Assembly: GCA_964599875.1 (NCBI GenBank) | Contig: CAZRHE010000002.1 | Span: 22,415 to 86,414 of the forward strand | From: an uncultured Bacteroidaceae bacterium | GTDB taxonomy: Bacteria > Bacillota > Clostridia > Christensenellales > CAG-917 | Length of the DNA: 64,000 nt | Direction: 5' to 3' | In this document: one piece after another, positions 16,488 through 25,505 of the stretch | Numbering within the stretch: position 1 is the stretch's first letter | Layout of the letters: each line of letters opens with the position of its first letter | Program-made: the position numbers and the translations under genes | The notes under the pieces: model-generated | The model's input: the letters and a program-made list of their open reading frames with translations, nothing else | Told to the model about the DNA's origin: nothing | The model's database searches: none

Positions 16488-18070
16488 TGAAAAGAAAAAA
16501 ATCTACTCTCGTAGGCGGAGCGGCGTTGCTTGCAATAGGCAACGTCGTCGCAAAAATCATAGGTGCGCTTTACCGCGTTCCGCTCACGAATATTCTCGGC
16601 GCGGAAGGCATGGGAATGTATCAATTGGTTTTTCCCGTTTTCGCCCTCTTTATGGTGTTGTCGGGGGCGGGGATTCCTACTGCGCTTTCTCGGATTGTCG
16701 CTGAAAAACGCGCTTTTCACGAGGACACTAAAAAGTATTTCGTCGTCGCTTTGATATCCCTTGCGTTGCTGTCTTCGATTTCGGCGGCAATAGTTTATTT
16801 TCTCTCGGACCGGATAGCGGATTTACAAGGAAACGGAAGCGTTGCAGTCGGATACAAGATAATTGCGCCGAGTATATTTCTCGTTGGAATTATGGGTGCG
16901 TTTAGAGGTTGGTTTCAAGGTGAAACGTATATGGTGCCGACCGCAGTGTCGAACGTTATCGAGCAAGTAGTAAAACTCGCCGTAGGATTGAGCCTTGCGA
17001 TATATCTCAAAAACCGAGGGACGGAAATAGCGGTCTTCGGCGCGATATTCGGCGTTACCGCATCCGAGGTCGTAGCACTTGCGTATCTTGTTATAACTTA
17101 CTTTATTAGAGAAAGAAAAAAGGATAAGGAAAGTTTGAAAATCACGAAGGCGGAATGTATTGAAACATTTCGTATCGCCTTGCCTATCGCGGTGGTCGCA
17201 ATCCTTTTGCCGCTGTCCAATTTTTTCGACAGTATGATAGTAGTCAACGTGCTGAAATTAAAAGGAGTCGCAACGGCGGTCGCAACCGCAGAGTACGGAC
17301 TTTTGTCGGGACCTATCAATTCCCTTGTCAATTTGCCCGTGGTGACGATAACCGCACTTGCAATCGCAATCGTGCCGTCGGTGTCCGTTTCGAGGGTGAA
17401 AAGGGACGCCCCCGCCATTCTTATTAAGAGTGCGTTGTCTCTTAAAATCGCATATGCAATAGGAGTGCCGTCCGCAATTTTTATGATGATTTTCTCTTCA
17501 GAAATCATAAGCGTTTTGTATCCGTCGCTTGCCGTGGCGCAAGCGCAAATCGCGCGAAATCTTCTTATCATATCCGCCTCGAATATCGTATTTCTGTCCG
17601 CTATGCAAATATACGTTTCGCTCTTACAGGCACTTGACCGCACCAAAACGGCGGTTTTAAGTATTGTTATTGCGATTATAGTCAAAGTCGCGTTATCCGT
17701 CGTGCTTGTAGGCAGAATAGGTATAAACGGCGGTGCGGTGGCATCCGTTTGTTTCGGCGCGACGGCACTTATCGCGCTTACCGCGTCTTTTATCCGCCTT
17801 ACGTCCTTGCGTCTCGAAGAGAAAATCGGACGCATTTTGATATCCGCCTTTATCGCGGGCGGTTTAAGTTATATTCCTCACGTTTTTATATTAAACGATA
17901 TTGTTGCACTCGTCGTCGGTTTTGTGATAAACTATATCATATACTTCTTTTTAGTGCTTGCCTTCGGCGTCTTGGACGAAAACGAATTTTCCTCTTTGCC
18001 CGCGGGAAACGCGCTCAAGAAGTTGTATAGAAAAATCGGATTTCGGAAGTGCGACGATGAACGTTTTTGA
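16487..18070 (+). CDS. MOP-superfamily flippase (YabM/SpoVB-like polysaccharide biosynthesis protein)
   Basis: Roughly 14 TM segments. LLAIGNVVAKIIGALYRVPLTNILGAEGMGMYQLVFPVF is typical of the MurJ/SpoVB family. TGATG overlap with spoVT. Confidence 0.85.
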   Translation: MKRKKSTLVGGAALLAIGNVVAKIIGALYRVPLTNILGAEGMGMYQLVFPVFALFMVLSGAGIPTALSRIVAEKRAFHEDTKKYFVVALISLALLSSISAAIVYFLSDRIADLQGNGSVAVGYKIIAPSIFLVGIMGAFRGWFQGETYMVPTAVSNVIEQVVKLAVGLSLAIYLKNRGTEIAVFGAIFGVTASEVVALAYLVITYFIRERKKDKESLKITKAECIETFRIALPIAVVAILLPLSNFFDSMIVVNVLKLKGVATAVATAEYGLLSGPINSLVNLPVVTITALAIAIVPSVSVSRVKRDAPAILIKSALSLKIAYAIGVPSAIFMMIFSSEIISVLYPSLAVAQAQIARNLLIISASNIVFLSAMQIYVSLLQALDRTKTAVLSIVIAIIVKVALSVVLVGRIGINGGAVASVCFGATALIALTASFIRLTSLRLEEKIGRILISAFIAGGLSYIPHVFILNDIVALVVGFVINYIIYFFLVLAFGVLDENEFSSLPAGNALKKLYRKIGFRKCDDERF

Positions 18071-19097
18071 CCTGAAAGGCTCTTATCAATATTATCTTGC
18101 GGAAGATTTCATTCCGCCTTTTTGCCGTCCCAATAAGCGCGTAGGTTGCGTCGTGGATAAGGTTTGCAGTGCATACGAGGCGGTGAAAAACAAAATCATC
18201 GACGTGTACGGCAAGGATACGACGGTACGCTATTTTGCTGACGGAAAGACGTTCGATTGCGTTGCCGCCGATTTGCCCGTCTGCGAAAGCGTTTATATCG
18301 AAGAAGAGAAAAACGTCGTAAACCGCAAGCGTTTTGATTTCACCGACCTCGAAGAAATCATGAAAAGACTTCGCGCGGACGACGGTTGCGAATGGGATAA
18401 GGCGCAAACTTACGATTCCCTTCGCTCAAACGTGCTCGAAGAGGCTTGCGAACTCATCGAAGGTATGGAACAGCATGACGCCGAAAAAATGCTCGAAGAG
18501 GCGGGGGACGTGATTTTGCAATCCGCGTTCGTATCCGAAATTGCGGAAGAAAACGGCTCGTTCGACTGGACGGACGTCCTCACCGCGCTTTGCAGAAAAC
18601 TTCTCGATCGCCATACTCATATATTCGGCTCCGACCACGCTAACAATGCGGAAGAGGCGTTGGCGTTTTGGACGGAGGCAAAAAAGAAAGAGAAACAATA
18701 CGTCAACGGCACCGATCAAATGGATAGAGTGCCTCTCAATTTTCCTGCGCTGTCGTATGCGGAGAAAATCCAAAAAATCGCAAAGAAAAACGGATTCGAT
18801 TGGGATACGGTGGACGGCGCGGTCGAAAAGGTGAACGAGGAACTTCAAGAACTTCTTTCCGCCACTCCCGAAAACCGCGAAGAAGAGGGCGGAGATTTGC
18901 TGTTTGCAGTAGTTAACGTCCTGCGCTTTTTCAAGATAAATCCCGAAATGGCGTTGCACGACGCAAACCTTAAATTCAAGGAAAGATTTGCGGAAGTCGA
19001 AAGGCTGGCAACTGCGAACGGAAAAGAAATGAAAGACTATACGCTATCAGAACTCGACGAGTTTTGGAATCAGGCGAAGAAAACTTGCAGAAGATAG
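18057..19097 (+). CDS. mazG: MazG-family nucleoside triphosphate pyrophosphohydrolase (YabN-like)
   Basis: Two MazG repeats (EEACELIEGMEQHD...EAGDVILQ and ELQELLSA...EEEGGDLLFAVVNVLR). Start taken at ATG 18057 (MNVFDLKG). The N-terminal part is degenerate compared with the methylase domain of YabN. Confidence 0.8.
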   Translation: MNVFDLKGSYQYYLAEDFIPPFCRPNKRVGCVVDKVCSAYEAVKNKIIDVYGKDTTVRYFADGKTFDCVAADLPVCESVYIEEEKNVVNRKRFDFTDLEEIMKRLRADDGCEWDKAQTYDSLRSNVLEEACELIEGMEQHDAEKMLEEAGDVILQSAFVSEIAEENGSFDWTDVLTALCRKLLDRHTHIFGSDHANNAEEALAFWTEAKKKEKQYVNGTDQMDRVPLNFPALSYAEKIQKIAKKNGFDWDTVDGAVEKVNEELQELLSATPENREEEGGDLLFAVVNVLRFFKINPEMALHDANLKFKERFAEVERLATANGKEMKDYTLSELDEFWNQAKKTCRR

Positions 19098-19100
19098 ATA

Positions 19101-20030
19101 ATGAAAATAGGTGACTTGGAACTTAAATCGGATATAATCTTCGCGCCTATCGCGGGATTTTCGGACGCCGGGGCAAGAGCGCTTTGCTCACGCTACGGCG
19201 CGGGACTCGTATACACCGAAATGGTCAGCGCAAAGGGGCTTTGCTACGGGAATAAAGCGACGGAAGATTTGCTTTATACAACCCCGACGGATGCCCCTGT
19301 TGCAGTGCAAATTTTCGGGCACGAGCCTGAATTTATGTACCGCGCGGCGCGCGACGAAAGATTAAATAAGTTCGACGTCATCGATATCAATATGGGTTGT
19401 CCCGTCAAAAAAATCGTCGGAAACGGGGACGGCAGTGCGCTTATGGAAAATTCCGCACTCATCACGGAAGTCGTGCAGGCAGTCAAAGAAGGGTCGGGAA
19501 AACCCGTCACCGTCAAATTGCGCGCGGGCGTGAGAGAAGGAGAAGTCACCGCCGTCGAATGTGCGCTTGCGGCGGAGAGGGGCGGAGCGGACGCAGTCGC
19601 GATACATCCTCGTTTTCGCGAGCAATTTTACTCCGGAAAGGCGAATCACGAGATAACCGCAGAAGTTAAGAGAGCGGTGAAAATCCCCGTGATTGCAAAC
19701 GGCGATATCGTGGATAGAGAATCCCTTGACGAAGTGCGGAAAATAAGCGGCGCGGACGGGTTTATGGTGGCGCGAGGCGCACTCGGAAGACCGTGGATTT
19801 TTGCAGAACTTAACGGCACTCCTTATGAATTCGACGTGAGGTCGGCGATAGACGAGCATATCGCGATTTTGCGTAATCGTTTGCCCGATAGAGTTGTTGC
19901 AAACGTCATGAAAATTCATCTATGCCACTACGCCAAAAACGTCGGCAATGCTAAAGCCGTCAGAATTGCGATTTCATCCGTCAAAAACGCGGACGATCTT
20001 TTCGCACTCGTGGACGAATATTTCAAGTGA
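19101..20030 (+). CDS. dusB: tRNA-dihydrouridine synthase
   Basis: IFAPIAGFSDAGARALCSRYGAGLVYTEMVSAKGL and DINMGCPVKKI are Dus family motifs. Confidence 0.92.
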   Translation: MKIGDLELKSDIIFAPIAGFSDAGARALCSRYGAGLVYTEMVSAKGLCYGNKATEDLLYTTPTDAPVAVQIFGHEPEFMYRAARDERLNKFDVIDINMGCPVKKIVGNGDGSALMENSALITEVVQAVKEGSGKPVTVKLRAGVREGEVTAVECALAAERGGADAVAIHPRFREQFYSGKANHEITAEVKRAVKIPVIANGDIVDRESLDEVRKISGADGFMVARGALGRPWIFAELNGTPYEFDVRSAIDEHIAILRNRLPDRVVANVMKIHLCHYAKNVGNAKAVRIAISSVKNADDLFALVDEYFK

Positions 20031-20039
20031 GGAAGATAT

Positions 20040-20525
20040 ATGTTTAACGTAGTTTTGGTCGAACCTGAAATTCCGCAAAACACCGGCAATATCGCGCGCA
20101 CTTGCGCGGCGACGGGCTCGAAATTGCATCTTGTAAAACCGCTCGGATTTTCTATCGACGACAAGTCTTTGAAAAGGGCGGGACTTGATTATTGGCACCT
20201 TCTTGACGTTACCGTCTATGAAAACCTTGCGGATTTCCTCGAAAAAAACAAGGACGGCAGAATGTGGTTTTTGACGACGAAAGGCGCGAAAAGATACGAC
20301 AAGGCGGATTTCAAAGACGGGGACTATCTTGTATTCGGCAAGGAAACGAAAGGACTGCCCGAGGAACTTTTGCACGACAATTACGACAGCGCCGTGCGAA
20401 TCCCGATGATAGCGGACGCAAGAAGTCTTAACCTCAGCAACTCGGTCGCGATAGTGGTCTACGAGGCAATCAGACAAAACGACTGCGCCGATCTTCTCGA
20501 ACAAGGACACCTGACGAAATATTGA
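20040..20525 (+). CDS. trmL: tRNA (cytidine/uridine34-2'-O)-methyltransferase (SpoU/TrmL)
   Basis: VVLVEPEIPQNTGNIARTCAATGSKLHLVKPLGFSIDDKSLKRAGLDYWH matches TrmL. Confidence 0.92.
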   Translation: MFNVVLVEPEIPQNTGNIARTCAATGSKLHLVKPLGFSIDDKSLKRAGLDYWHLLDVTVYENLADFLEKNKDGRMWFLTTKGAKRYDKADFKDGDYLVFGKETKGLPEELLHDNYDSAVRIPMIADARSLNLSNSVAIVVYEAIRQNDCADLLEQGHLTKY

Positions 20526-20582
20526 CCTTATCATAATGAAGTAAACTTGCAAATGCAAGTTCAGAAAGGAGGAAAACTAAGG

Positions 20583-21233
20583 ATGAATAGAGCGGAAAGC
20601 GTTGTAAAATATTACGTGCTTTGCAATAAATTGAAGAACGTCGTCAGAACGGGTTGGAAAAATTTCAAAATTAAATCCGATAGGCTTGAAAGCGTTGCGG
20701 AGCATATTTACGGCACGCAAATGCTTGCTATCGCCGTGAAAAGCGAATATGAATACGACGTCGATATCGAAAAAGTTTTGAAAATGCTTGCCGTTCACGA
20801 AACCGAAGAAATTTTGATCGGCGACCTGACTATGTTCGAGATTTCGAAGGAAGAAAAAGAGATTATAGGACACGGCGCAGTCAAAAAAATATTTGCGGGT
20901 TTAATGGACGGAGAAGAGTACGAAAATCTGATAAACGAATTTGACGAAAGGAAAACCGAAGAGGCAAAATTTGCATATTTTTGCGACAAACTTGAAGCGG
21001 ATTTGCAAGCAAGAATATACGATTTAAACGGTTGCGCCGACGTTGAAACTCTGGAAAACAGTAACAAGTATTTTGTGGAATTGAAAAACGAAACGTCATC
21101 CGACAATGAGTTGAGTTGGGGACAAGCATGGATTAAATCAGGGCAAATCAGATACGGATACGATTCAAATTTCTATGAGATTTCCGAGTTTGCTATGAAC
21201 AACGATATCTTGGACATTAAGGCCGACAAGTAA
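20583..21233 (+). CDS. HD-domain 5'-deoxynucleotidase-like hydrolase (YfbR-like)
   Basis: RLESVAEHIYGTQMLA ... HETEEILIGDL is an HD motif. Start taken at ATG 20583 after AAAGGAGGA. Confidence 0.75.
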   Translation: MNRAESVVKYYVLCNKLKNVVRTGWKNFKIKSDRLESVAEHIYGTQMLAIAVKSEYEYDVDIEKVLKMLAVHETEEILIGDLTMFEISKEEKEIIGHGAVKKIFAGLMDGEEYENLINEFDERKTEEAKFAYFCDKLEADLQARIYDLNGCADVETLENSNKYFVELKNETSSDNELSWGQAWIKSGQIRYGYDSNFYEISEFAMNNDILDIKADK

Positions 21234-21280
21234 TATAACTTGACAACGTTTTAGTCGGAAGTAAAACTACATAAAACGCA

Positions 21281-21306
21281 AAAACCGCAGTTTATACTGC
21301 GGTTTT
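21281..21306. terminator. bidirectional terminator
   Basis: AAAACCGCAGT / ACTGCGGTTTT stem between convergent genes. Confidence 0.8.
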
Positions 21307-21336
21307 CTCAATTTAAACGTTTGATTATGTTGTTTG

Positions 21337-21564
21337 TCAGTCGATGAGTCCGATGAGGTAATCGGCGGATACGTCGAAATAATTTGCAAGTTTGTATATG
21401 GCGGACGCACACGGCTCTTGCTTGCAATTCTCCCAATAACTGATGCTTGCGTTGGATAAGGAAAGGTCTTCGGCAAGTTTGTTTTGCCCGATACCTTTTT
21501 CCATGCGCAGACTTTTCAGCCTTTCCGCAAACGTTTGGGGATTGAACTGATTGATTTCTTCCAT
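21337..21564 (-). CDS. XRE-family HTH transcriptional regulator
   Basis: FAERLKSLRMEKGIGQNKLAEDLSLSNASISYWENCKQEPCASAIYKLANYFDVSADYLIG is a Cro/CI-type HTH. Confidence 0.9.
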   Translation of the reverse strand: MEEINQFNPQTFAERLKSLRMEKGIGQNKLAEDLSLSNASISYWENCKQEPCASAIYKLANYFDVSADYLIGLID

Positions 21565-21597
21565 ACCAAAATTCTAACAATAATTAGTATTTCCGTC

Positions 21598-21627
21598 TTG
21601 ACATCTAATTATAATTAGAGATATAAT
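21598..21627 (+). promoter_or_regulatory. promoter of the first TM2 gene with an embedded 14-bp palindromic operator
   Basis: TTGACA (21598-21603), perfect palindrome CTAATTATAATTAG (21605-21618) inside the 18-nt spacer, TATAAT (21622-21627). Divergent from the XRE gene. Confidence 0.6.
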
Positions 21628-21646
21628 TTTAAAAAAGGAGGTTATT

Positions 21647-22321
21647 ATGGCTAAACGTTTCGTATGCCCGTCGTGTGGAAGACGCATAGAAATATCCGAT
21701 GACGAGATTATTTGCTGTGAATGTGGAAAGAAATATAAGAATCCTTTATTGAAAGAGAGAGAACAGGCGTATGAGGAGGGTTTTTGGAGATACGTTCGAA
21801 TTGAACGAGATGATCGCGATGAACAAAACTTTTTACTATTTGATAAAGGGCAGTTTACTAAATACAAAATCAAATGCGAATGCATTGATGAAGACGTTAT
21901 GACGGAGGATCATCGTAACGAGATCCTTTATAAATTAAAAGATAAGATGTTGTTTGAAGACTATTATTTCGTTTCCGATGCATTGAAAAAGTGTCCTGAT
22001 AGAAAATTTGATCAGATTATTTTAAGAGAGTATAAATCTCCATATGCCACGCATGCGTTTTCTCTTTTGTTTGGTGCACTTGGCATAGATAGATTTTATA
22101 TGGGTGATATTGCGCAAGGGATTGTAAAATTAATTTTTTGCTTGTTTTCTCTGATAATGTATATGTGCGGGAGATTTATTCCAGTAGCACCATTGTTTGT
22201 GTTTGGAGAAATATTATTAGGAATTGTGTGTTTCGTACAACTTTGCGAAATATTTATATGCTTCCGTAAAACAAAACAAAATAACTACTTTCTTGTGAAG
22301 GAAATTATTGAATTGAAATAG
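21647..22321 (+). CDS. zinc-ribbon + TM2-domain membrane protein (paralog 1)
   Basis: N-terminal CPSCG...CCECGKKYKNP and C-terminal TM2 signature FGALGIDRFYMGDIAQGIVKL followed by a second TM. Confidence 0.8.
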   Translation: MAKRFVCPSCGRRIEISDDEIICCECGKKYKNPLLKEREQAYEEGFWRYVRIERDDRDEQNFLLFDKGQFTKYKIKCECIDEDVMTEDHRNEILYKLKDKMLFEDYYFVSDALKKCPDRKFDQIILREYKSPYATHAFSLLFGALGIDRFYMGDIAQGIVKLIFCLFSLIMYMCGRFIPVAPLFVFGEILLGIVCFVQLCEIFICFRKTKQNNYFLVKEIIELK

Positions 22322-22400
22322 ATATATAATGTCGACTGCTAACACTCGATATTGACACACGGGACAAAAAGTAATATCCTATTGATAAGGAGATATTATT

Positions 22401-23000
22401 ATGGCTAAATACGTTAAATGTCCTGCGTGCGGTGCGATTTTGCCTATATCCTCGGAGGAATCTATAAACTGCAGTTGCGGCGTAAAGTTAAGAAACCCGT
22501 ATTACAATGGACCTATATATAACCTTCAATCGAGTCGTTTGTCAAGCGGGCAGATTTCCGCAATAATGGCGAAGTATTCGAGTGCGTTGCCGTCGGGCGA
22601 TATTCCCGTGATATACGAAATGCTTGGAAGGTGCCATGAATCGAAATATTCATCCTTTATGGATATTAAGATTAAATCACCCGTTGCCGCTACGATTATA
22701 TCGATATTTTTCGGTGGAATCGGAGTGGATAGGTTTTACGTCGGTGACAAAAAGGCTGGATTTGGAAAACTTGCGCTTTGGCTGATTACGCTGATATTGA
22801 CGATTTGCACTATTGTTAAATATATGGGCTTCATAAATAGCGGTGTGGAAACAAACGACTTATATGCTTTGATTGGGTATTACGTGGGAATTGCAATTGT
22901 CGGATTTGCATTGTCTACGTGGTGTTTTGTCGATATGTTCATCATTCACAGTCGCGCGAAAAAGGCTAATGCAAAAAGATTTTACGAAACGATAGGTTGA
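22401..23000 (+). CDS. zinc-ribbon + TM2-domain membrane protein (paralog 2)
   Basis: CPACG...CSCGVKLRNP and FGGIGVDRFYVGDKKAGFGKL. Confidence 0.8.
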   Translation: MAKYVKCPACGAILPISSEESINCSCGVKLRNPYYNGPIYNLQSSRLSSGQISAIMAKYSSALPSGDIPVIYEMLGRCHESKYSSFMDIKIKSPVAATIISIFFGGIGVDRFYVGDKKAGFGKLALWLITLILTICTIVKYMGFINSGVETNDLYALIGYYVGIAIVGFALSTWCFVDMFIIHSRAKKANAKRFYETIG

Positions 23001-23010
23001 TAACGCTATA

Positions 23011-23038
23011 AAGCCGACGCAAACGTGCGTCGGCTTTT
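23011..23038 (+). terminator. rho-independent terminator
   Basis: AAGCCGACGCA / TGCGTCGGCTT stem followed by TTT. Confidence 0.75.
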
Positions 23039-23134
23039 GCGTGATGCTTAAAAAATTATTAAAATTATTTTTCGATTGATATTGACACTCTGATGATAAT
23101 ATAATATTCTAAATAAAAAAGGAGGGATATTATT

Positions 23135-23755
23135 ATGAAGAAAATTAAATGTCCTAATTGTCAAACAATAATAGAAGTCGGCACCGGTGAATATTTGGAA
23201 TGCCCTAATTGCGGAAAACGCTACAAAAATCCCGCATATCAACCGCAAGCACCCGCTGAAGCAGCGACCGTGCAAGTTGCGCCCGTAGCGGCAGTACAAG
23301 TCGCCGCACCTGCAAAACCGGTTGAAAGTGCTCCCGCAAACGAGGTAGTCGTTGCAAGCGTCGTGCAAAAAGAAAATCCCGCAAGCGCGCCTATGACGGA
23401 AGATCAAAAAGGAGAATTGCTCCGTCACTTCTCCTGGTATTTGCCCAAAAACGAAACGATAAACTTCCTTGCCGCATTGAATGGTGCAAAGCAAGATAAA
23501 TACGCGCTCCTTATGAGTTATCAACCCAAGAGCCCTCTTTATACGAGCCTGTTTGCAATGTTCGGCGGATTCCTCGGCATGGATAGATTCTATATCGGAA
23601 GCAAAGGCAGTGCGGTTTGCAAATTGATATTCGGTATCGCGACTTTCGGACTCTGGTATCTCATCGATATTTTCGTCACTTACAAGAAATGCAGAAAGAA
23701 AAATCTTGAAGCGCTTATGAATTTGCTGACGGTTGGTAACGTAAAGGGCAAATGA
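23135..23755 (+). CDS. zinc-ribbon + TM2-domain membrane protein (paralog 3, Ala/Pro/Val-rich linker)
   Basis: CPNCQ...CPNCGKRYKNP, linker QPQAPAEAATVQVAPVAAVQVAAPAKP, and TM2 signature FGGFLGMDRFYIGSKGSAVCKL. Confidence 0.8.
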   Translation: MKKIKCPNCQTIIEVGTGEYLECPNCGKRYKNPAYQPQAPAEAATVQVAPVAAVQVAAPAKPVESAPANEVVVASVVQKENPASAPMTEDQKGELLRHFSWYLPKNETINFLAALNGAKQDKYALLMSYQPKSPLYTSLFAMFGGFLGMDRFYIGSKGSAVCKLIFGIATFGLWYLIDIFVTYKKCRKKNLEALMNLLTVGNVKGK

Positions 23756-23774
23756 CACGAATTGTGTACTAATA

Positions 23775-23808
23775 AGGCGCACTTGGAAACGGGTGCGCTT
23801 TACTTTTG
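23775..23808 (+). terminator. rho-independent terminator
   Basis: AAGGCGCAC / GTGCGCTTT stem followed by a T-rich tract. Confidence 0.6.
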
Positions 23809-24026
23809 CTTAAAATTCGCATAATATAGGTGAAAATACTAGGATTTCAGGGGGGATATGAGAATTGTTTATTGAAATTAAATACACGATATGTGTATCA
23901 AAGTTTTAAGTGTATTTTGATTAAGTACACGATAAGTGTTGTGAATAGGGTGGGCAAGTGGAATTTTGCAGAGATTGTTCGGAAATAAGTCGTGTTTCGG
24001 GTCTTCACCCAATATCGCTCATTTTA

Positions 24027-24055
24027 TTGCAATCGTTATCAAAAAGTGATATAAT
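24027..24055 (+). promoter_or_regulatory. strong sigma-A promoter of the pgk-tpiA-gpmI operon
   Basis: TTGCAA (24027-24032), 17 nt, TGA-TATAAT (extended -10, 24050-24055). Confidence 0.65.
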
Positions 24056-24109
24056 CAGTGAGAATAAAATTATGCGTGCGCTTGCACGCTTGTAAGGAGA
24101 TTTCAGTTT

Positions 24110-25414
24110 ATGGCAAAAATGACTGTACGCGACATCGACGTCAAAGGTAAGAAATGCTTGGTGCGTTGCGATTTCAACGTCCCCATGCAAGACGGCGTCA
24201 TCACCGACGAAAACCGTATCAACGGCGCACTTCCCACCATTCAATATTTGGTTGACAACGGCGCGAAAGTGATACTTTGTTCTCACCTTGGCAAACCCCA
24301 CAATATCTTGACTCCGGGATTCGGTCTCACCAAGAAAGAAAAGAAAGCGGTTGAAGCACTCCCCGAAGAAGAAAGAGAAGCCGCAAAAGCGGAATATATA
24401 GCAAAAGCACTCAAAAACGATCCTAAAAAATTCTCGCTTAAACCCGTTGCGGACAGACTTGCCGAGATCTTCCCCGGAAAAGTTTCCTTTGCAACCGACC
24501 TCGTCGGAGAAGACGCCCACGCAAAAGTCGCAGCACTCGGCGACGGTGAAATCGTCCTCCTTGAAAACACTCGTTTCTATGCGGGCGAAGAAAAGAACAG
24601 CGAAGAACTTTGCCGTCAACTCGCAGATTTCTGCGACGTGTACGTAAACGACGCGTTCGGCACCGCACATAGAGCGCACGCAACCACCGCGGGTATCGTC
24701 CAATACGGTTTTGCAAAAGTAGCGGTCAGCGGTTTCCTCATCGAAAAGGAACTTAAATTCCTCGGCGCGGCTGTCGAAAATCCCGTCCGTCCTTTCCTTG
24801 CAATCCTCGGTGGCGCGAAAGTCAGCGATAAGATCGGCGTCATCGAAAACCTCATCAACAAGTGCGACGCAATCATCATCGGCGGAGGCATGTCCTACAC
24901 CTTCCTCAAAGCACAAGGTTTCTCTATCGGCGCAAGCCTTCTCGAAGAAGACAAAATCGACCTCGCAAAAGACCTTATGGCAAAAGCGGAAGCAAAGGGC
25001 GTAAAACTCTATTTGCCCGTTGATAACACCATTGCGGACGCATTCTCCAACGATGCGAATATCAAACACACTTGCGGCGACGGAATCCCCGACGGTTGGC
25101 AAGGTCTCGATATCGGTCCCAAGACCATCGAACTCTTCACCGAAGCAATCAAATCCGCAAAAACCGTCGTTTGGAACGGACCTATGGGCGTTTTCGAAAT
25201 GGAAAACTTCGCAGTCGGCACCAAAGCGGTCGCGTCCGCACTTGCAAATATCGATGCAACCACGATTATCGGCGGAGGAGATAGCGCAGCGGCAGTCGCA
25301 ACCCTCGGTTACGCAGACAAGATGTCTCACATCTCGACGGGTGGCGGAGCGTCCCTCGAATTCCTCGAAGGCAAAGTCCTCCCCGGCATCGCGTGCCTCA
25401 ACGACAAAGACTAA
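24110..25414 (+). CDS. pgk: phosphoglycerate kinase (with an N-domain insertion of about 38 aa)
   Basis: [25 protein letters not shown] and GGGDSAAA motifs. 434 aa against the usual length of about 395. Confidence 0.95.
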   Translation: MAKMTVRDIDVKGKKCLVRCDFNVPMQDGVITDENRINGALPTIQYLVDNGAKVILCSHLGKPHNILTPGFGLTKKEKKAVEALPEEEREAAKAEYIAKALKNDPKKFSLKPVADRLAEIFPGKVSFATDLVGEDAHAKVAALGDGEIVLLENTRFYAGEEKNSEELCRQLADFCDVYVNDAFGTAHRAHATTAGIVQYGFAKVAVSGFLIEKELKFLGAAVENPVRPFLAILGGAKVSDKIGVIENLINKCDAIIIGGGMSYTFLKAQGFSIGASLLEEDKIDLAKDLMAKAEAKGVKLYLPVDNTIADAFSNDANIKHTCGDGIPDGWQGLDIGPKTIELFTEAIKSAKTVVWNGPMGVFEMENFAVGTKAVASALANIDATTIIGGGDSAAAVATLGYADKMSHISTGGGASLEFLEGKVLPGIACLNDKD

Positions 25415-25505
25415 CGATATGATTTAGGCGAACCCTTGAGGGTTCGCTTATTCACAATAATAAAGAAATTCTCGCGCTATACGCACGATTAAAGGAGAAA
25501 TAATT

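Noticed and set aside
23940-23965. TTGTGAA half-site upstream of pgk, as a possible Rex box.
   Set aside because: Only one half-site is present. The matching TTCACAA half at the correct spacing is absent.
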